DNA of 64,000 bases. Origin: Octopus vulgaris. Lineage: Eukaryota. Below are positions 29,939 through 41,870 of the stretch, in pieces. Positions within the stretch are counted from its first letter, which is position 1. Each line of letters opens with the position of its first letter. Below the pieces are notes generated by a model, which saw only the letters and a program-made list of their open reading frames with translations, was not told where the DNA came from and searched no databases. Position numbers and translations under genes: made by a program. The DNA is taken from the NCBI GenBank assembly GCA_951406725.2, contig OX597817.1, forward strand, positions 164,052,001 through 164,116,000, written 5' to 3'.

Positions 29939-30950
29939 TTACTCTTTTACTCTTTTCAGTCATTTGACTTCGGCCACGCTGGAGCACCGCCTTCAGTCGA
30001 GCAAATCGACCACAGGACTTATTCTTTGTAAGCCTAGTACTTATTCTATCGGTCTCTTTTGTCGAAACGCTAAGTTACGGGGACGTAAACACACCAGCAT
30101 CGGTTGTCAAGCGATGTTGGGGGGACAAACACAGACACAAACACACACACACATGTATATATATACATATATACGACGGGCTTCTTTCAGTTTCTGTCTA
30201 CCAAATCCATTCACAAGGCTTTGGTCGGCCCGAGGCTATAGTAGAAGACAGTTGCCCAAGGTGCCACGCAGTGGGACTGAAGCCGGAACCATGTGGCTGG
30301 TAAGCAAGCTACTTACCACACAGCCACTCCTACGCTTATATATATATACATATATATACCCTACTTCTCCGGCATCATTTTTATCCTGTTTTCTATTCCC
30401 TCCTCTATAAACAAAACTACCACCCAACTACGTCCAACCACTTATTTCTAGTATCTCACATAACCTAGACTATCCTACTTAATCTTATAATCTTGCAAAC
30501 TTTTAAGATTCACCCTTCCCCATCCCCTCCCCTCTTTATGTTCATTTACTTTACACTTCAACCTTACACGACCTAGTTTTCCTAGCTTATTCGCTCGTAC
30601 TAACTACTTTGCTTAACCTATTACCTCTAAAAGTCTTTTACATTTTAACCTTTTCTCACCTTTCTGTTTCATTCATTTCTTCTTCCATAAACAACAGTAC
30701 CACCCAGTCAACCCCAATCGCACTAACACTCCCATCACTACCAATATGTTCCAAGCACGACCTGACTTCCCGACTTCTCTTCACCTATTTCCTTTTAAAT
30801 TGTCTTTTAATTTTAAACTTTTACCATTCAACATTGCCCAAACATCACTTCCTCTTTTCCTAGTGCCTTTTCACTCTACATTTTAACACAACAGAGTTAT
30901 CTTTATTCTTTTCTATGTTATGCATTTTCATACCTATAATTACAACCTTT

Positions 30951-31330
30951 GGAGGCGCAATGGCCCAGTGGTTAGGGCAGCGGACTCGCGGTCATAGGAT
31001 CGCGGTTTCGATTCCCAGACCGGGCGTTGTGAGTGTTTATTGAGCGAAAACACCTAAAGCTCCACGAGGCTCCGGCAGGGGATGGTGGTGATCCCTGCTG
31101 TACTCTTTCACCACAACTTTCTCTCACTCTTACTTCCTGTTTCTGTTGTACCTGTATTTCAAAGGGGCCGGCCTTGTCACTCTCTGTGTCACGCTGAATA
31201 TCCCCGAGAACTACGTTAAGGGTACACGTGTCTGTGGAGTGCTCAGCCACTTACACGTTAATTTCACGAGCAGGCTGTTCCGTTGGTTCGTATCAACCGG
31301 AACCCTCGTCGTCGTAACCGACGGAGTGCT
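30951..31330 (+). mobile_element. SINE family B (tRNA-Arg-like head, similar to octopus OR SINEs). Other copies: 10768-11095, 25435-25742(-), 26468-26762, 41123-41288, 43375-43653(-), 49294-49672, 60392-60692
   Basis: GGAGGCGCAATGGCCCAGTGGTTAGGGCAGCGGACTCGCGG...GGTTTCGATTCCC head with A and B boxes and a TCG anticodon-like triplet. Confidence 0.9.
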
Positions 31331-31669
31331 TCCATCCAATTACAACCTTTACATTCTCTCTGTGTTTCAATCTTACTATCGCTTTCTTCATCAATATCAT
31401 TTCATTTATAATTTACTTTTTTCTCTCGATATTATATATCACCATTTACTTCTAGAATTTTTATTTTACTTGTAATTTCGTTACCATCCTAAATTATTAT
31501 GTGTAATAGTATCATCTCCACCATTTCTCTACCTTAACTTCGCATTTACAGCATATGAAAAACACATTTATGAATCGTCTCTGAGGAGACATGAGTCGTA
31601 ATATCTGGCCGTGTTGTAGGATGATAAATATCTCTAGCGTATGTTTGCACGAGCAGTTTTTTTTTTTTT

Positions 31670-31815
31670 AGGTTTGTTTAGCTTATCAAGGAGCCTAAGC
31701 AGCGTCGCTCTGAACTGGTCTGTCAACACCTTGCAACTCTCGTTCAGTGACCTCTCAGAGGAGTTCATGATGTCAAGAACAAGAGAGGCCATGAAGTACA
31801 GGGATTCCAGTGACA
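31670..31815 (+). mobile_element. HERO/NeSL-like non-LTR retrotransposon fragment
   Basis: RSLSSVALN...LQLSFSDLSEEFMMSRTR...YRDSSD resembles the post-RT segment of these elements (recalled, not searched). Confidence 0.5.
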
Positions 31816-32737
31816 AAAAAAAATGGCACGGGATGGCATTGAAGTTTGTACACGGAAGGAGTAAAGTGCTGTCAGAGTTACAAAATAATGATGTTATGTC
31901 CTACAAACTATACTGCTTCGAACGTCTTTATATTTATCAAAGATTAGACACTCATCTAGGACATTACTTTTAAATTATACTCGCAGATCTAGACATTTTC
32001 TTTATACCTAATAAAATAGAAGATAAACTGTACAGTAGAAATAAATCTTTTCTATGCGATTGTAAAGATAATGGCGTGAAGATAGTTTGAGTTTAAAACC
32101 CATAATATCAGGAAATATCGCAATTTCGCATATCCTTAAACTATCTTCGAGGCAAACATCTCTGAGCCATATGCTCTCCAAAATCCGTGCAACAAATATG
32201 CATACGTATATATGATTAACATGGTTTCGTCTCATAGATCTATAAAAATTCGTATTGTTCCATATACCTAAAATATTTGGAGTCGTTTTTCCATAATAGA
32301 TATCGTTATGACATACGTTATGGTTCACCCGATAAGACTATAACATCATTCCTTTTTCTTTATTTGTGTTCCATGACAATATACTCATGAAACCGACTTG
32401 TGTGTAAATGCCTTTTTGCTTCCATACCTGCTTGACGGAAATCATTCCTATAACCGAATTTCTACATTGGAGCCACTTGCCCTTGATGAAGGAGTTGAAA
32501 TTTAAGTTCATATTTACCCGAAAACAACTTCGTTTGCTTTAGTATTCACCGACATTATCTCTCTCATTCCCTTCCTCTCCATTTTTATACATACATACGC
32601 GCGCATGCACTCACACACACGCACACACACACACACACACACACGCAGACACACACACACACGCAGACACACACACACACACGCAGACACACACACACGG
32701 AGACACACACACACATATATATATTATACACATATGT

Positions 32738-34343
32738 AGGCGCAGGAGTGACTGTGTGGTAAGTAGCTTGCTTACCAACCACAGAGTTCTGAGTTCAGTC
32801 CCATTGCGTGGCTCCTTGGGTAGGTGTATTCTACTATAGCCTCGGGCCACCAAAGCCTTGTGGGTGGATTCGGTAGACGAAAACTGAAAGAAGCCCGTCG
32901 TATGTATATATATATATAGATATATATATATATATATATATATATTAGTGTAATAAATAAAATATATGCATACATACAAACATATATGTACGTACCGACA
33001 TGTACATGTATATATACATGCATATATAAATATATATACGTACAGGACACCACAAGAAGACGTAAAAATCAACAGAAACGAAAACGGAAAAGCCATTTTG
33101 TTACAACAGAAGGACAGAGACGTGGAACAAGACGAAACGAAAACGGGAAAAACAATTATGTACAGCAGAAAAACGAAGTACAGGACATGCTGCACAAGGA
33201 AAAATCCCCTTCATCAGCTGTCGCTAGCAGACATAGCGTGTTTCGAAGGCAAGACAGGACACGTCTGGCCATGCTAGGCCTTCCTACGAGAGAATTAAAA
33301 TAAAATAACCTCGTAGAGGGGTAAAACGAGCAAGAAAAAAATGTATGTTTATATATATATATAAATTAGAAAAATACTCTTATCATTTCAATAATGAAAA
33401 ATTAAATTATACCATTTAGAAAAATTACATATTATAGAAAGATTAAATATAAGATAAAACATATAACTGATTCATTAATTTGCAAAAAGGTTAATAAAAC
33501 GTATATATTTGGTAGAATAACGACACGTGTTTCGTGGCTATATTTAAGAAATGATAATAGTAATAATAATAGTAAAATCACTTCAATATAAATATAGTCA
33601 CTCTTCTGGTTAAAGATAAAACAATAAAATAATTAATTAGATAAATTAATAAATATACGTAAATAATCTTGTAAAATACGAAATATCTTAACAAATATAT
33701 TCTTGTTTAAATAAAAAAAATAGAATAAAAAATAAGATATGATTAATTAAAATATTTAAAACAATATATATATAAATAAAATACAAAATATACATTAAGT
33801 GAAAACTAAATACTATAATTTAATCTATATACATTAAATTAAATTATTTATTTATTTATTTAAATAAAAATCTAAATAAAATCTTATACTCATTAAGTAA
33901 TTTATATCAAAATCCTTAATGTTAAGTAATATACATAATGTTAGTACAAGCTATAAATATTAGAATTAATAATAGGAAATGGTTTAAATATATACACTAA
34001 CTATATTATAAATATATATGTAGTATATATAGATTTAATTTTTTACTCAATTATATAGTTGACAAAAAATCAATTAATATTAAACTGATATATATATATA
34101 TATATAGATATATAGATATACATTTGTGTGTTTGTGTTTGTCCCCTTGCCACCACTGCTTGACAACTGATGTTGGTGTGTTTACGTCCCCGTAACTTAGC
34201 GGTTCGGCAAAAGAGACCGGTAGAATAAGTACTATGCTTACAAAGAATAAGTTCTTGGGTCGATTTCTTCGACTAAAGGCGGTGCTCCAGCATGGCCGCA
34301 GTCAAATGACTGAAACAAAAAAAAAACTAAAAGAGTAAAGAGT
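32738..34343 (+). mobile_element. SINE family A copy split by ~1.1 kb of insertions in its internal microsatellite
   Basis: Head at 32738-32900 and tail at 34125-34343 are collinear with intact copies; the insert includes the 33518 hammerhead. Confidence 0.75.
33518..33612 (-). ncRNA. Type I hammerhead motif (U4A variant) with long stem II
   Basis: Minus strand TAAC-CAGAAGA-GTGACTATATTT...AAATATAGCCAC-GAAA-CACGTG-TC-GTTA. Stem II pairs at 11 of 12 positions; GUC site. Confidence 0.7.
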
Positions 34344-34435
34344 ATGCATATGCATATATACATACATATGTATATATACATATATCTATGCCTGCGTGTA
34401 TATATCAGTGTATGTATACATGCATATATACGCCC

Positions 34436-34499
<64 letters not shown>

Positions 34500-35009
34500 T
34501 GTATGTAAGCACGCTTGTGTGTGTGTGTCTGATCTATTATGCATCCCGTTACTCAGTGAAAGCGCTAATGATTTTACCAAGCTCGGCCAACATTAATTAC
34601 GCCCTATGCTATAACCCGTGCCATGTAATATCTATTAAATCTATGCAAACATACTCAGACTCGATGAGAAGATTGTTTTTCATTATAATCCCACTTAATA
34701 AAAGCACGTGACTTTTGTAATTCCAACTCGTCTTAGATTCTCATCACAACTGCCGGATATAGAAACTCAAAACAAACTTCGCATTAAGTATAAGTGTCTT
34801 TACTGATAGTATTGTTTGCATTAAATATAGTTGTTGTTTCGTTTTCGTATTTGGCTTGCAAGATTCTTGATGCGAATTCGTGCGTTGAAATAGATTTTGT
34901 TGTGCCCAAGAAGGGTATTATACCAATAATAAACACGCGCGCTGGGTTTGTTTCACTTCCATTATCATTGTCGTAATCATCATCATCATTATTGTTATTA
35001 TTGTTGTTG

Positions 35010-35079
<70 letters not shown>

Positions 35080-35271
35080 TAAAGGTGGCAACTGGGAAAA
35101 TTGCTACCGTGCCGGACAAAATGTTTAGCGGCGGTGGTCTGGAGTGGCGAGTCTTGCATTGCGCAGTCAACGGCTAGACTTCCACAAAAACAAAAAAATC
35201 CTTGCCCACCCCTACGCATACAGATGCAGATAAACAGTCAAAACTGGTAAGCGACTGAAGCTTTGAAAAAA

Positions 35272-35275
<4 letters not shown>

Positions 35276-35352
<77 letters not shown>

Positions 35353-35630
35353 GTGTCTGTCTGTGTGTGTGTCTGTGTGTGTGTGTCTGTCTGTGTGTGT
35401 CTGTCTGTGTGTGTGTCTGTGTGTGTGTGTCTGTGTGTGTGTGTGTCTGTGTGTGTGTGTCTCTGTGTGTGTCTGTCTGTGTGTGTGTGTCTGTGTGTGT
35501 GTGTCTCTGTGTGTGTGTGTCTGTGTGTGTGTCTGTCTGTGTGTGTGTGTCTGTGTGTGTGTGTCTGTCTGTGTGTGTCTGTCTGTGTGTGTCTTTGTGT
35601 GTGTGTGTGTCTGTCTGTCTGTCTGTGTCT
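35276..35630. repeat. (GT)n/(CTGT)n compound microsatellite; also (AGAT)n at 16922-17070 and (AAG)n at 36411-36520
   Basis: Direct reading. Confidence 0.97.
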
Positions 35631-35850
35631 TGTGTCCTACATTTTATTGACAATTAAAAATATATTGTAGATGCGCTGTTTCTGCGATACACTCTAGTTT
35701 TCGTTGCTGTCGTCGTAATAATGAAAAGAGCTTTTTTATACCGAGTTCTTTGAAACTTCACTGAACAAAAAATGCTTCTTTGTATTTTTTGCTGCCTTTG
35801 TATTCCTCGTTTCTTTTTATATTTGTAATTTCTTTCTTTCTTTCACACAC

Positions 35851-35903
<53 letters not shown>

Positions 35904-36042
35904 CACAAAACTAAGCACATTTTTTCATCAAGAACTGCAAACAGATAATAGTATACTGAAAAAATAAATGCTCTTCTTCTTCCCCATTATTTTCCTTAAT
36001 TACGTTTAAGCACAAGCACGCACGCACACATGTACGAATAGC

Positions 36043-36136
<94 letters not shown>

Positions 36137-36182
36137 ATGAAAGAATGGAGTCGAACGACACGATTTAACAAAATTCCTTTAT

Positions 36183-36263
36183 TCTCGACACATGTTTCGA
36201 AGACTGCATATTCTTAATTCCGAAGGAATAAAGGGTGCATTATGCCGTCTTCTCATCAGGAAA
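36183..36263 (-). ncRNA. Type I hammerhead motif, canonical core
   Basis: Minus strand TTTC-CTGATGA-GAAGAC...GTCTTC-GAAA-CATGTG-TC-GAGA. GUC site; next to (TA)n(GA)n; flanks homologous to 57349-57760. Confidence 0.8.
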
Positions 36264-37992
36264 GACAAGGAACTTATGTCAGCATCATGACGAACAAAAA
36301 CTTTTAGATGACTGCCCACACGGAGTCCATAGTGATAATGAGTGTTTCTGCCTGTCTCTGTCTCTCTTATTTACTCTTGTGGGTTCGGGGTCGTTGTGAA
36401 TTCTTGGCAAAGAAGAAGAAGAAGAAGAAGAAGAAGAAGAAGAAGAAGAAGAAGAAGAAGAAGAAGAAGAAGAAGAAGGAGGAGGAGAAGGAGAAGAAGG
36501 AGAAAGAGGAGAAGGGGAAGAAAAAGATTCTCACGAAGGAAAAAATATGGGAGAATTTGCTTTGGGGTTTGAAATGCACTTGAATATCAAGACGTGTAGT
36601 CGTTTTTAAATGTTGTAATAGATTTACTCAAATACCAAACCGGTTTCCACAATTTTTTGCTTATCGGTGGTAAAAATAAATTAATAAAGGGTTTGGGAGA
36701 GTTTAAAGTTACGATGTAAAATTCGGAAAATGTTACTTTGTAACTTATTTGTTTTGACGGACGTCATCAAAATTACAGCCAATCAAAACTTGATCCTTTA
36801 CCGTAAAAACATATATATACTATAAAGATTTGGATTTATAACATTTCAAACAGGGTAAAGAGACCCATACATTTCGGCTGAACAAACGAATAAGGTGAAG
36901 AGGCTCATACACTTCGGCTGAAATTAAGAAAAGAACTCTTACATGCATCACGACAGAAACTGCAAAATTTTTTTTTTCTTCCTCCCCATTTTTTTCTCTT
37001 TCTTCCTTTTTCTTTATAAAAATTTAATATGACTGAACTTTCAATCATGTATATTAGTTATGATCAGGGCGGTGAGCTGGCAGAATCGTTAGCACACCGG
37101 GGGAAATGCTTAGCAGTATCTCGTCTGCCGTTACGTTCTGAGTTCAAATTCCGCCAAGTTCAAGGTTGAATTTGCCTGTCATCCTTTCGGGGTCGATAAA
37201 TAAAGTACCAGTTTCGAACTGGGGTCGATGTAATCGACTTAATCCCTTTGTCTATCCTTGTTTGTCCCCTCTATGTTTAGCCCCTTGTGGTCAGTAAAGA
37301 AATATATATTTGTTATGATCTTTATCGAACAATTACTCTTTTATTACTGTCTTTCCCCGTGAAACGCAGTGAAATTTGTGAACATTTCATCGTTTAAACA
37401 TATTTTTTCGGATGTTACCTCGTTACTTTAAACTCTCCGAAACACCTTACTTATTTATTTATTTATTTTTATTTTTACCATTGATAAGCAAAACAATTGT
37501 CGAAACCGGTTTGGTATTTGAATAAATCTATTGCAAAATTTTAAAACGACAAGTTTTGAGATTTAGGGGCATTTTCAAACCCCAAAATAAATTATCGTAT
37601 ATATTCTTTTATTTATTTTAGTCATTTGACTGCGGTCATGTTGGAGAACTGCCTTTAGTCAAAGAAATCGACCCAAAGACTTATTTTTTGTAATCCTAGT
37701 ACTTATTCTATCGGACTTTTTTACCGAACCACTAAGTTACGGGGACATAAACACACCAACAAGCGATGGTGGGAGGACAAACTCAGACACATAAACATAT
37801 ACATATATATATACGACGGGCTTCCTTCAGTTTCCGACTACCAAATCCACTCACAAGGCTTTGGTCGGCCCAGGGCTATCGTAGAAGACAATTGCCCGAG
37901 ATACCACTCAGTGGGACTGAACCCAGAACCCTTTCCATCTTCCGTCACTCTTTATTCAAATAATATATATGTTAATATTAATATATATAGGT

Positions 37993-38045
37993 TACACTGA
38001 TGAGGCTCGGGGTTTACATACCCTAAAGCCGAAACCTAGTTTGTG
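37993..38045 (+). ncRNA. Type I hammerhead motif, canonical core
   Basis: TACA-CTGATGA-GGCT..GGG(TTTACATA)CCC..AGCC-GAAA-C(CTA)G-TT-TGTG. Confidence 0.7.
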
Positions 38046-38620
38046 GACATCCCTAATTGCATAATATTTTTATTTTGTGCTGTTAAATGTTTTAATTCTT
38101 TGTTTTCCTCGCATACTGATTTTCTCTGTTATCTTGGTGCAGTACGGTGGATTAATTTAAGACTTTAGCTCTTATTTCTAGCATCATTATGCTTCGTGCA
38201 AATTTATAATTCATAGCTATTTAATACTATTGCGCCTGCGATCCACCTATGTCACTGCTGGTGATATCATCCACAGATGATATGAACAGTAGTGACGTCT
38301 GATTTCAAATCACAGTGCTTGAATGTTTTGCTTATATATATATATATATATATACATTAAATTTATGCGTCTCGAAACAAACCGATAGAAATCTCTAAAA
38401 AATTCGTTATTACCGTATTGGTCCAATTTCGGGGTTAATTCACAAGAAATTTTCCTCTTCAGCGGCAAATACGCGAGATATAAATGAAATATTTATTCAT
38501 ACCCATGCGCCGAAGATTTTTCTATTTTGGATATATTTGAGGTACTTAAGTCTGCTCGGGACTTGGTGCTTGCTTCTTCCATGGGTATGAATAAGTATTT
38601 CATTTATATCTCGCGTATGT

Positions 38621-38677
38621 GCCGCTGAAGAGGGGGAAATTTTTTGTGAATTAACCCCGAAATTGGACCAATACGGT
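38621..38677 (+). ncRNA. Type I hammerhead motif in the right arm of a fold-back (38355-38733)
   Basis: GCCG-CTGAAGA-GGGG...CCCC-GAAA-TTGG(A)CCAA-TA-CGGT. The minus-strand mirror at 38412-38466 has a shortened stem II. Confidence 0.8.
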
Positions 38678-38889
38678 AATAACGAATTTTTTAGAGATTT
38701 CTATTGGTTTGTTTCGAGACGCATAAATTTAATGGTTATCGACAATTTTTTGTTTCGGCGTATCTGTCATTAGAATTTTTCTTCTGCCCTTATCTTGTAA
38801 ATTATGTATAAATTTTACCTTTAAAGGCATTTTTTGATATGCTGGCCATTGATAAAATTTTTTTCCCGAAAAAATTTTTATCCTATATC

Positions 38890-38971
<82 letters not shown>

Positions 38972-39129
38972 TGGTTTGGAGGTAATGTACAGGTATTATA
39001 TATTAGAAGAAATCAGATACTCAGAAATCTGGATGGTTTTATATTTACAAATTTTTATTAATATGTCACGTTTTTATAAATATATATTAGCCCTTGCATC
39101 CACTCCAGTGGATTCTTCATATATAGCGC

Positions 39130-39176
<47 letters not shown>

Positions 39177-39887
39177 CACCTCTGCACTGCTGAGGCGAGC
39201 TTCCTCGAATGTTTTAAATGGGACAGTCCCGAGAGGTAGGCGTTAGCTGTATCTGACAAGCAGTCCTGACTAACAGCAGGTGCAGTTAGTCACCTATATA
39301 ATGAGTGAGAAATAATGAGTGAGCGTGTATTTGCATATGCACGCTTGTATGATTTTTTTTCCTGTGCATGTTTCATATAACAACTACACAGTGGTTTACT
39401 TAAACTTCCATAACATTATGAAAAACATTTGAATGTTTGATGACTTTGGCCGATACTACGACTCATATTCGTCACCATTTCCTCCGGATATTACATCGAT
39501 TTTCCGTGCGCACTCACAGGCTGTGGCTACATCAAAACGGTGCAGTGATTTAATAGTTAGCACAGTAGGATCCAATACCATCTGAAGGCGGAGAGCTGGC
39601 AGAATCGTTATTCGTCTGCAGTTGCGTTCCGAGTTCAAATTCCGCCGAGGTCGACTTTGCATTTCATCCTTTTGGGGTCGATAAATTAAGTACCAGTTAC
39701 TCACTGGGGTCGATGTAATCGACTAAATCCGTTTGTCTGTCCTTGTTTGTCCCCTCTGTGTTTAGCCCCTTGTGGGTGATAAAAAAATAAGGATCGAAAA
39801 GCATCTGCGAGTAGGATATGATGATGCTATGTGACAAATCGAATCAAGATCACCTTAGAAAAAAAACCTTGCTTCCATCTATGATAC

Positions 39888-39936
<49 letters not shown>

Positions 39937-39954
39937 CTCTCCCTCTCTCTCTCT

Positions 39955-40430
39955 CAACCCCTTTGCTCCTTATGAGCATAGGCAATCGACGACTTTTCTC
40001 CGCTGTTCTCGACTCATGGCTGTCTTCTTCTCTCCCACTGGATCCTTACTTTTTCAGAACTACCTCAGTATCCCACCTCCAGGTTTTTTGGGGTCGCTTT
40101 CTTTTATGCCTCCCATATTGTTCTTAATTAGATTCTGACACGTCATTTGTTTCCCTGAGAGAAGACCACCTCTCAGCCTTTGGTTTTGGATTGCCATCAA
40201 TGCTTCTGTTATTTTTATTTTTTATATTTTTATTTTTTATTTTTGAAAGTAGAGAGTTTGGCCCCTCGCAAACCCATTTTTACCTCTGGGAAGAAGTAAT
40301 CCATTTTCATCTGTCCCCTTTTCTTTGACCTGTCCAACATAGGAGGTCCTGCAAGGAGCGAGCTTGCACTCCAAAGACATAGTTCTCAGGATCATTGAGG
40401 CACATCGCAGCAAGGACTGGGCTTTGTTGT
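39955..40430 (-). mobile_element. Degenerate RTE-like LINE remnants
   Basis: Minus strand RKRPQKTWRW...EKTAMSREQRRKVVDCLCS at 39955-40110. Confidence 0.5.
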
Positions 40431-41718
40431 AGAAATATCTAACAAGAGGGGTCAAAGATATCTATAATATAGGAATAACCTGAATATCCTCTAGTAACAT
40501 CAGTGTTGATCGGCATCATTAGAGGAAGCAATATTTTCTGACGATGCAGAATATGTTGCAATTTCCATTCGACAAGCTTTATATAAAATATATAGTAATG
40601 TGTATGTGCATTATATCTGTGTTTGGTATCTATGGTTTCGTGTGAGTTTGTAGATATATGTAGATATCTCTTTTACTCTTTTACTTGTTTCAGTCATTTG
40701 ACTGCGGCCATGCTGGAGCACCGCCTTTAGTCGAGCAAATCGACCCCGGGACTTATTCTTTGTAAGCCCAGTACTTATACTATCGGTATCTTTTGCCGAA
40801 CCGCTAAGTGACGGGGACGTAAACACACCAGCATCGGTTGTCAAGCAATGCTAGGGGGACAAACACACACACACACACACACACACATACACACACACAT
40901 ATATATACATATATACGACAGGCTTCTTTCAGTTTCCGTCTACCAAATCCACTCACAAGGCATTGGTCGGCCCGGGGCTATAGCAGAAGACACTTGCCCA
41001 AGATTCCACGCAGTGGGACTGAACCCGGAACCATGTGGTTGGTTAGCAAGCTACTCACCACACAGCCACTCCTGCGCCTATGTTGCAGAAATTTATTTTT
41101 AATTCACAGATTAAGGCGCAGTGGAGGCGCAATGGCCTAGTGGTTAGGGCAGCGGACTTGCGGTCGGAGGATCGCGGTTTCGAATCCCAGACCGGGCGTT
41201 GTGTGTGTTTATTGAGCGAAAAAAACACCTAAAAGCTCCACGAGGCTCCGGCAGGAGGTGGTGATCCCTGCTGTACTCTTTCACCACTCTAAAGGCGGTG
41301 CTCCAGCATGGCCGCAGTCGAAATGACTGAAACAAGTACAAAAAAAAAAAAAAAATTAATAAAAAGAAGCAATTCATTTCCTATTTTTGGAACCCAGACA
41401 AACGAAACAAAACCCAATTAAAGCAATATGATTTCTGAGGTGGAGAAAAAGTTAACTGCTTGTGTCAAAGATATGAGCTGAATTTGAAATTAAGACTAAT
41501 TAATTTCGACTGGGAAAATATCAAGTCTCGAGGCGTAACCTCATTAAGGAAGGTCTAAATTGAATTGGCTTAAACATACAAGGTGAGAGTTACAGGGAAT
41601 AGGTTAGAGTGGAAATGTGTGTTTGGAGTGAGGTAATATTGGGGTCTGCATACAGAAGTGTTCAAAGTAAACAGGCAAATTTTTTACCTCCCCAAATGTC
41701 AATGTTGACAATGTTCCC

Positions 41719-41870
41719 TATATAAGCAGACTGTATCTTGTTGTTGACTAATGAGAATACTTCGTGTCCAACTTGACTGACCACGACACTAGATCGTTTC
41801 TTAAAGCTTGCTGCTTTTCAATGTAATATAAGAATACACAATAAGCAGGAAATTGATATATCAAAAAAAG
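41719..41870 (+). promoter_or_regulatory. Candidate TATA box and non-coding first exon of the Cys-rich protein gene
   Basis: TATATAAG at 41719 in non-repetitive sequence and an AAG|GTATGA donor at 41870/41871. The ATG exon has a splice acceptor, so an upstream exon is expected. Inference only. Confidence 0.35.

Noticed and set aside
30951-31025. tRNA-Arg-like sequence
   Set aside because: Head of a multicopy SINE that continues into body and tail; acceptor stem not intact.
31577-31615. CTGAGGA-GAC(ATGA)GTC-GTAA possible hammerhead
   Set aside because: GAAA is mutated and stems I and III cannot be formed; at most a decayed remnant.
40520-40570. CTGACGA-TGCA...TGCA resembling a hammerhead 5' half
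   Set aside because: No GAAA, stem III or NUH follows; it folds better as a simple hairpin.
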